This document shows, piece after piece, positions 58,481 to 64,000 of a DNA stretch of 64,000 nt. Origin of the DNA: Macrostomum lignano (Eukaryota); the NCBI GenBank assembly GCA_002269645.1, contig NIVC01001888.1, positions 62,001-126,000 on the forward strand, read 5' to 3'. The position numbers and the translations under genes were made by a program. The notes under the pieces were generated by a model that saw only the letters and a list, made by a program, of their open reading frames with translations, was not told the DNA's origin and searched no databases. Position 1 is the stretch's first letter, and every line of letters begins with the position of its first letter.

Positions 58481-59817
58481 ATGGGCAAAGCTGGAGTAGC
58501 TTTTTCTGCATTAATTGATATTGGTCGAATTGGCCTATCAGTCTATAGCCTATATGTGAAAAGTATGCTTGGTAGCTCTCCAGGCTATAAGGCTCATTGT
58601 GATATCTCAAGTTATATCACTTGCTCTAAGACCTTCAATTCTAGGTAAGTTCTTTCAGTGTATTAATGATTGAAAAGATATTTTTTCACGAAAATAGTGC
58701 CTTCAAATAATAAAATATTGTTCTATTTTGCAGCTATGGCACCGGATTTGGCCTTATTGGCCCGCTTCTTGGTGAGGATCATATCTTGAATCAAGACAAT
58801 GGTGTCTATGGCATCATCTTCTTTCTTATGCACTTCTTACTAGGTAAGTTCAATTAAAACATTAAAGTGTTTCTCAATTATCATCAATTGGAATAGATAT
58901 AAAATAGACTACTTGATTATTTACTTGATATTAACTTTCCAGTTAGCCTTAATAACAGACTGCCCAACCTACCTGACTACACTAGTCTACCCCAACCTAC
59001 CTGACTACACTAGACTACCCCAACCTACCTGACTACACTAGACTACCCCATGCTACCTGACTACACTAGACTACCCCAACCTACCTGACTACACTAGACT
59101 ACCCCAACCTACCTGACTACACTAGACTACCCCAACCTACCTGACTACACTAGACTACCCCAACCTACCTGACTACACTAGACTACCCCAATCTACCTGA
59201 CTACAACAGACTACAACAGGCTACCCCAACCTACAACAGGCTACCCCAACCTACAACAGGCTATCCCAACCTACAACAGGCTACCCCAACCTACAACAGG
59301 CTACCCCAACCTACAACAGACTACTCCAACCTACAACAGGCTACCCCAACCTACAACAGTCTACCCCAACCTACAACAGGCTACCCCAACCTACAGCAGG
59401 CCCAACCTACATGCCTACCTACAGCAGGCCCCCAACCTACCTGCCTACCTACAGCAGGCCCCCAACCTACCTGCCTACCTACAGCAGGCCCCCAACCTAC
59501 CTGCCTACCTACAGCAGGCCCCCAACCTACCCGCCCTCTGATTGGCTAATCCAGTTCCCAATTCACAATCTGCAGTATGCTTCGCCGCCAGCAAGCTAGG
59601 CTTCTGTCTGCGCCTACTAAACTCTTTGGCCCTAGCGGCTGGCAGCCTCTGGCTGGCCTATATCCTGTTCTATGTGCTGAAACACGCCTGCATAGTGTGC
59701 ATAGCTATCTATGGCCTGAATCTGCTGGCTCTGCTGCTCGATATTTGCCAGCTGCGATGCCATTCCGCTAAGCAGAAGCAGCGTGTAGCTAGAGCTGAAA
59801 AGAAAAAGAAAAAATAG
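58481..59817 (+). CDS. VKORC1: Vitamin K epoxide reductase (VKORC1/VKORC1L1 family), 3 exons
   Basis: Exons 58481-58644, 58734-58843 and 59576-59817 (alternative in-frame acceptor at 59555; upstream in-frame ATG at 58466). Loop cysteines (AHCDISSYITCSKTF), GTGFGL..LNQDN, active site CIVC and a C-terminal KKKKK ER-retrieval tail. Intron phases (2, 1) and the 110-nt exon 2 match vertebrate VKORC1. Confidence 0.95.
58960..59530. repeat. Three successive minisatellites (28-, 20- and about 30-bp units) sharing CCCCAACCTAC, VKOR intron 2
   Basis: CCCCAACCTACCTGACTACACTAGACTA, then CCCCAACCTACAACAGGCTA, then CCCCAACCTACCTGCCTACCTACAGCAGG. Confidence 0.92.
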
Positions 59818-60934
59818 ACAAAAGTATTAATATTACTTGTCTAGGAATATTTACTATGGACAATAAATAAACTGTTTCAATCTTCTCCCAGTCATTTTGT
59901 CTATTCCTACTGACCGCAATTCTACTTGCTAGTTTATAGATTGCTATTGGCGTCGGTTTTGTCTGCGTTATTTTTGGTGGTGTTTTGACAAATTTGAAAT
60001 AACAAATCAAAAAAGATTGTCTCCTTTTGGTCTGTTTTCATTCTGCTTTTGCTGGTGGCCGGCAGTATGCGTCCTTTTGCAGTTAACGAAGTTTGGTATA
60101 TTTTGAATTGATCCTACGCTACCTGTGCCCAGAGATATTAATCGTGCTTTGTTTTTCATCGAGGCTCCTTTATTGATTTTTGTTCGGCTGTTTTCAATTG
60201 CATGCTCTGTCAGTTATTTGCCAAATGCCAATCATGACGTCATGCCATAGCGTTTCTCTCTCTCTCTCGGTCTAAGTCCTTTGTTTAATAGCAATTTTTT
60301 TCTGACAGTTTGATTAAATAAAAGCATAACAATTTCATTGTGCGAGTGAGCTTCTAGATAATGAAATCAGTTTGTTTGAGTTGGTATTGGCTGGTATATT
60401 GAGCTTCGCAAGTTTCTTCTTCTGCAATTTATTTTAAAAAAAAAATTAAAGTAGGCATTGAAACCTTCATTGCATTTTTAGACAATGTAAAAATTTGTCG
60501 ATAACATATTTTCAAGATAAAGGCACTGCAAGTAGAAATTGCTAATACTATTAATACAACACATTGCAAGCACATTAAATTTCGTACCTTTAAGCTTCAT
60601 AGGGTATTCAAGTACCACGATTGTATAACAGGACGGAAGACTCAAATATCGTGTAATTTTTTGAAGGCCGATTTCCTGGGAAAAATACTGCAGAGATACT
60701 CAGGAAAAACGTTTTTTTTCATCACAAAATCAACGAGTTCATTTGATCTGGAGCAGTGAAGCTTATCATTTTTTAATGTTGCATGCACATGTTACTGTGT
60801 TGCAATTTATATAGTTTTGCAGTGAAAGTTCATTTTCCTATTGATTTTGTCTTTATTTCACAAGCCCAAGTTAAAGTTGCAAAAATTCAGAAATGATTTT
60901 TTGTTCTTTGGCATAATAATGATGCCTTTCTACA

Positions 60935-61236
60935 GGGGGGTTGTAGCCTAGCGGTTAGAGCGTCGGGCTCACGACTCGAAGGTCGGGGGTTCGATTCCCG
61001 ATCCCATCGGAACAATTTGTATCCTTGTGCAAGACACTTAACTGTGCATTGCTTCAGTTCACCCAGCTGTAAAATGGGTGCCAGCATTAGCTGGGGTAAT
61101 TGGGGGTGTGTGGCGACCCCCCAGTCCTTGGACTGAACAGCCGTACGCAGCCTTCAGATGCGCTGCGCAATAGCTGCGGCTGAGCTGCCGGTTGCACATC
61201 TGGCCCAATTGGGGCAGGTGTAATCAATAATAATTA
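60935..61236 (+). mobile_element. tRNA-derived SINE with CORE/Meta-like central domain
   Basis: Pol III A box TAGCCTAGCGG and B box GGTTCGATTCC in a tRNA-like head, followed by TCCTTGTGCAAGACACTTAAC..CAGTTCACCCAGCTGTAAAATGGG resembling conserved SINE central domains; A/T-rich tail. Confidence 0.8.
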
Positions 61237-61653
61237 ATATATTATTATATAAAGACAATATATAAAAATGATACTAGTAAACATAGTTTACTTTTAATTA
61301 TTTAGACAGGGCTTACGAATAGCTACTAATTTGTATGCATTAAAATGGAACTTTCACTACACAACTATGTAAAATACAACAGAGTAACATGCTGTGCATG
61401 CTAAATGAAAGAAATGATAATATTCACTGCCCCAGATCAGATGCAATCGTTGGTTTTGTGATGAAGAAAGATTTTTTCCTATTTCTGCAGTGTATTTTTT
61501 TCAGGAATTGGCATCCAAAAAACTACACTATGTTTTAGTTTTCCATTCCGTCATGCTACAGTGGTCCTTGATGTTATTCATGGACTACTTTTCTTTGAAA
61601 TGAGTTGAAGGCCTTAGAAGGAACCGAAGTCCCTAATTTTCTTTAAGTCTCAG

Positions 61654-63293
61654 ACCGTTGATCCTCATCACAATCAAGTTGACAACCACGGCTGTCGCGG
61701 CGGTTGCAGCAGCCCGATTTGCTGTCGCCTGCCGCACCGACTCCTAGTCCGAATCCTGGCCAGCCTGACGCTGCCCGATCGTCTGCTCACGGCGCCGTTC
61801 GTCTGTCCTCGCCTGGCAGCCGCCAGCCGCGAGCCCGCTGTCCAGGGCCGCCTGCTCGACCTCGCCTGTCTCGCGCCGCTGTCCCGACCGGCCATCTTGA
61901 AGCTTCTGAGGATGCTTCGCCGACGCTCGCCAAGAAGGCTTCGTCGTTTAGTGCTGGCGTCGGATTCTGCCGCTAGCATCGGTTTGATCTCCGCTGACGA
62001 GTTCCTGACATTGGCTGTCCGACTTTGTCCCGGCCTTGGCCATCTGCAGCTGCTGGACGCGGTCGGCAGCAACTTGCCGAGATTCCTCCGCACTGCCAGG
62101 TGTCGCCGGCTGGTGAGTCTTCGATTGGACCGAGTCTACCCGGAGCGCGGCACTTCTCAGCTATTTTTTGCTCACGTTGCTCGTCGATTCCCCCGACTGT
62201 CGCGGTTGTCGTTAAACGCCGCTACAGCCGGCGATGCGCCCGCCGCTTTGGCCTCTCTAGCGCCGCTTCGATTTCGACTTCGCCGGCTGCGCTTTGGCAT
62301 CGGTGGCGACTGTCGCGGCGGTGCTGGCGGCAGTGAGAACTGTCGCCTGCAGGCCTTGCTGAGCGCCCTGCCTTCGCCGATGCTGGCGCACTTGCGATTG
62401 ATCTCGCTGGACCTGTCCAACCTCCGGCTGCCGGCCGCTCCGGAAGACAGTCTCAGACCGTTGCAGGCCGCCGCCAACTTGACCTGCCTGCGTCTCGACG
62501 GCAACTTCTTTCCGCAACTGGCGCCGGCGTCCTTAGCCGAAGCGTTGCGTTCGCTGCGTCACCGGCTGCGCTGCCTCCGTCTGGCCGAAATGTCTCCATC
62601 GGCTACTCCGGATGCCTGCTGCTCGCCGGCTGTCATCGACGCTCTGTTCCGACGCCGGATGCCGGCGCTTCGCTCGCTCACCGTTGGACTCCGGAGATTT
62701 GTCGATAGGCACGCCGGCGCCGTAGCGCGCGCCGCCCGAGGCTGCGTCGACTCGCCTTTCTAAACTGCGGCATCGGCGCCGACACTCTGCGTCGGCTGTT
62801 GCTGCCGATTGGCTCGCCGTTTCCAAGCGCTCGGCGTCCGCGTCGGCTCCGCCTGTTGGCCGTGGTTGCGGGCTTGTTTGGCTCGAAATTAGAAATGGAT
62901 GGGGTTGAGAGTGGTCAAGATGTTACGGAGAAGCGCAGCATCGGGTATTGTGTAAGAGGATTGAGTATCGATCGCGAAGCTGACTGTCTGCGCTGCGTCA
63001 GCCTGAGCGCTCCGGCTTCGGTTCATGCTGGCCTGGAGTCGCTGCTGACTTTAGCCCTACCGCCGGAGCCGTATTTCGTTCGCTTGAGTTCCGCCGACTC
63101 AGCCGCGTCTGGAATGTCGATGATCGACAGTTGGATGACGGCGGGTTGGCTGACGCCCCGGCTGGCTGCAGGCGGAAGGGCTGGTGGCGCGGAGCCCCTG
63201 GCTTTGATTGGTCACTTAGTGCATGATCGCTGGTGCGTCTGCGAGACCCGCGGGCCCGCCGAAGCTTTCTCGGCTGCCGTTCTGCGGGACTGA
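61654..63293 (+). CDS. F-box/leucine-rich repeat protein (FBXL-like), main exon with a one-base frame break near 62735
   Basis: The frame is open from the acceptor TCTCAG| at 61654 through an F-box (CRLPHRLLVRILASLTLPDRLLTAPFVCPRL) into LRRs (CPGLGHL, FPRLSRLSL, LTCLRLDGN). Adding one C to CCC at 62735-62737 continues it as AAPRLRRLAFLNCGI into the 62799-63293 ORF. The start exon was not located. Confidence 0.8.
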
Positions 63294-63315
63294 CTTTGCT
63301 GCGCTCTGGGCTCGA

Positions 63316-63935
63316 AACTTCATGTTTCTCAAACTTCAATAAACTTCATGCTTCTCAAACTTCAATAAACTTCATGTTTCTCAAACTTCAATAAACTTCA
63401 TGTTTCTCAAACTTCAATAAACTTCATGTTTCTCAAACTTCAATAAACTTCATGTTTCTCAAACTTCAATAAACTTCATGTTTCTCAAACTTCAATAAAC
63501 TTCATGTTTTTCAAACTTACTGAACCTCATGTTTCTCAAACTTCACTAAACTTCATGTTTCTCAAACTTCACTAAACCTCATGTTTCTCAAACTTCACTA
63601 AACCTCATGTTTCTCAAACTTCACTAAACTTCATGTTTCTCAAACTTCACTAAACTTCATGTTTCTCAAACTTCACTAAACTTCATGTTTCTCAAACTTC
63701 ACTAAACTTCATGTTTCTCAAACTTCACTAAACTTCATGTTTCTCAAACTTCACTAAACCTCATGTTTCTCAAACTTCACTAAACTTCATGTTTCTCAAA
63801 CTTCACTAAACCTCATGTTTCTCAAACTTCTCTAAACCTCATGTTTCTCAAACTTCACTAAACTTCATGTTTCTCAAACTTCACTAAACCTCATGTTTCT
63901 CAAACTTCACTAAACTTCATGTTCCCTAAACTTCA
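63316..63935. repeat. 26-bp minisatellite (AAACTTCATGTTTCTCAAACTTCAAT)n
   Basis: About 24 copies beginning about 20 nt after the F-box stop; the unit contains an internal AAACTTCA duplication; CAAT variant on the left, CACT variant on the right. Confidence 0.95.
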
Positions 63936-64000
63936 ATTCCCAACTGGCTTCCCTAACACACAAAAGTTGTGGAATATGAAGTTGCCATGGGCTTAGCTGT

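Noticed and set aside
60935-61010. Functional tRNA-Val(CAC) gene
   Set aside because: The acceptor stem pairs poorly, the T-arm has extra Gs, and the sequence continues into a SINE body without a T-run terminator.

Overview
Eukaryotic (animal) genomic DNA with spliceosomal GT-AG introns. The mix of GC-rich exons, introns filled with private minisatellites and TTAGGG repeats resembles a free-living flatworm such as Macrostomum (inference only). I reconstructed these genes by splice-phase checking: a divergent neprilysin/M13 peptidase (minus, runs off the left edge), a complete 5-exon UDP-glucose pyrophosphorylase (plus, 500 aa), a complete HR96/NR1J-type nuclear receptor (minus, about 472 aa), a 2-exon orphan gene, two weaker orphan gene models, a 3-exon VKOR (plus) and an F-box/LRR gene with a one-base frame break. 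Mobile DNA comprises an intact 5.3-kb hAT transposon (17-bp TIRs, perfect 8-bp TSD, full transposase), two non-autonomous TIR elements (CCC ends with 2-bp TSD; GGG ends with 4-bp TSD), a foldback-like inverted satellite pair, an RTE LINE fragment and a tRNA-derived SINE. More than 30 distinct tandem arrays explain most long ORFs in the track, which are artefacts. The most intriguing theme is that several satellites look positioned to act as functional sequence: complementary arrays bracket a symmetric exon, AGTTCA direct repeats lie inside the nuclear receptor's own intron, STAT-type palindromes lie upstream of the peptidase, and telomeric repeats supply a branch-point-like tract. There is also a 2.6-kb near-total CpG desert. 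All functional interpretations are hypotheses from sequence alone.
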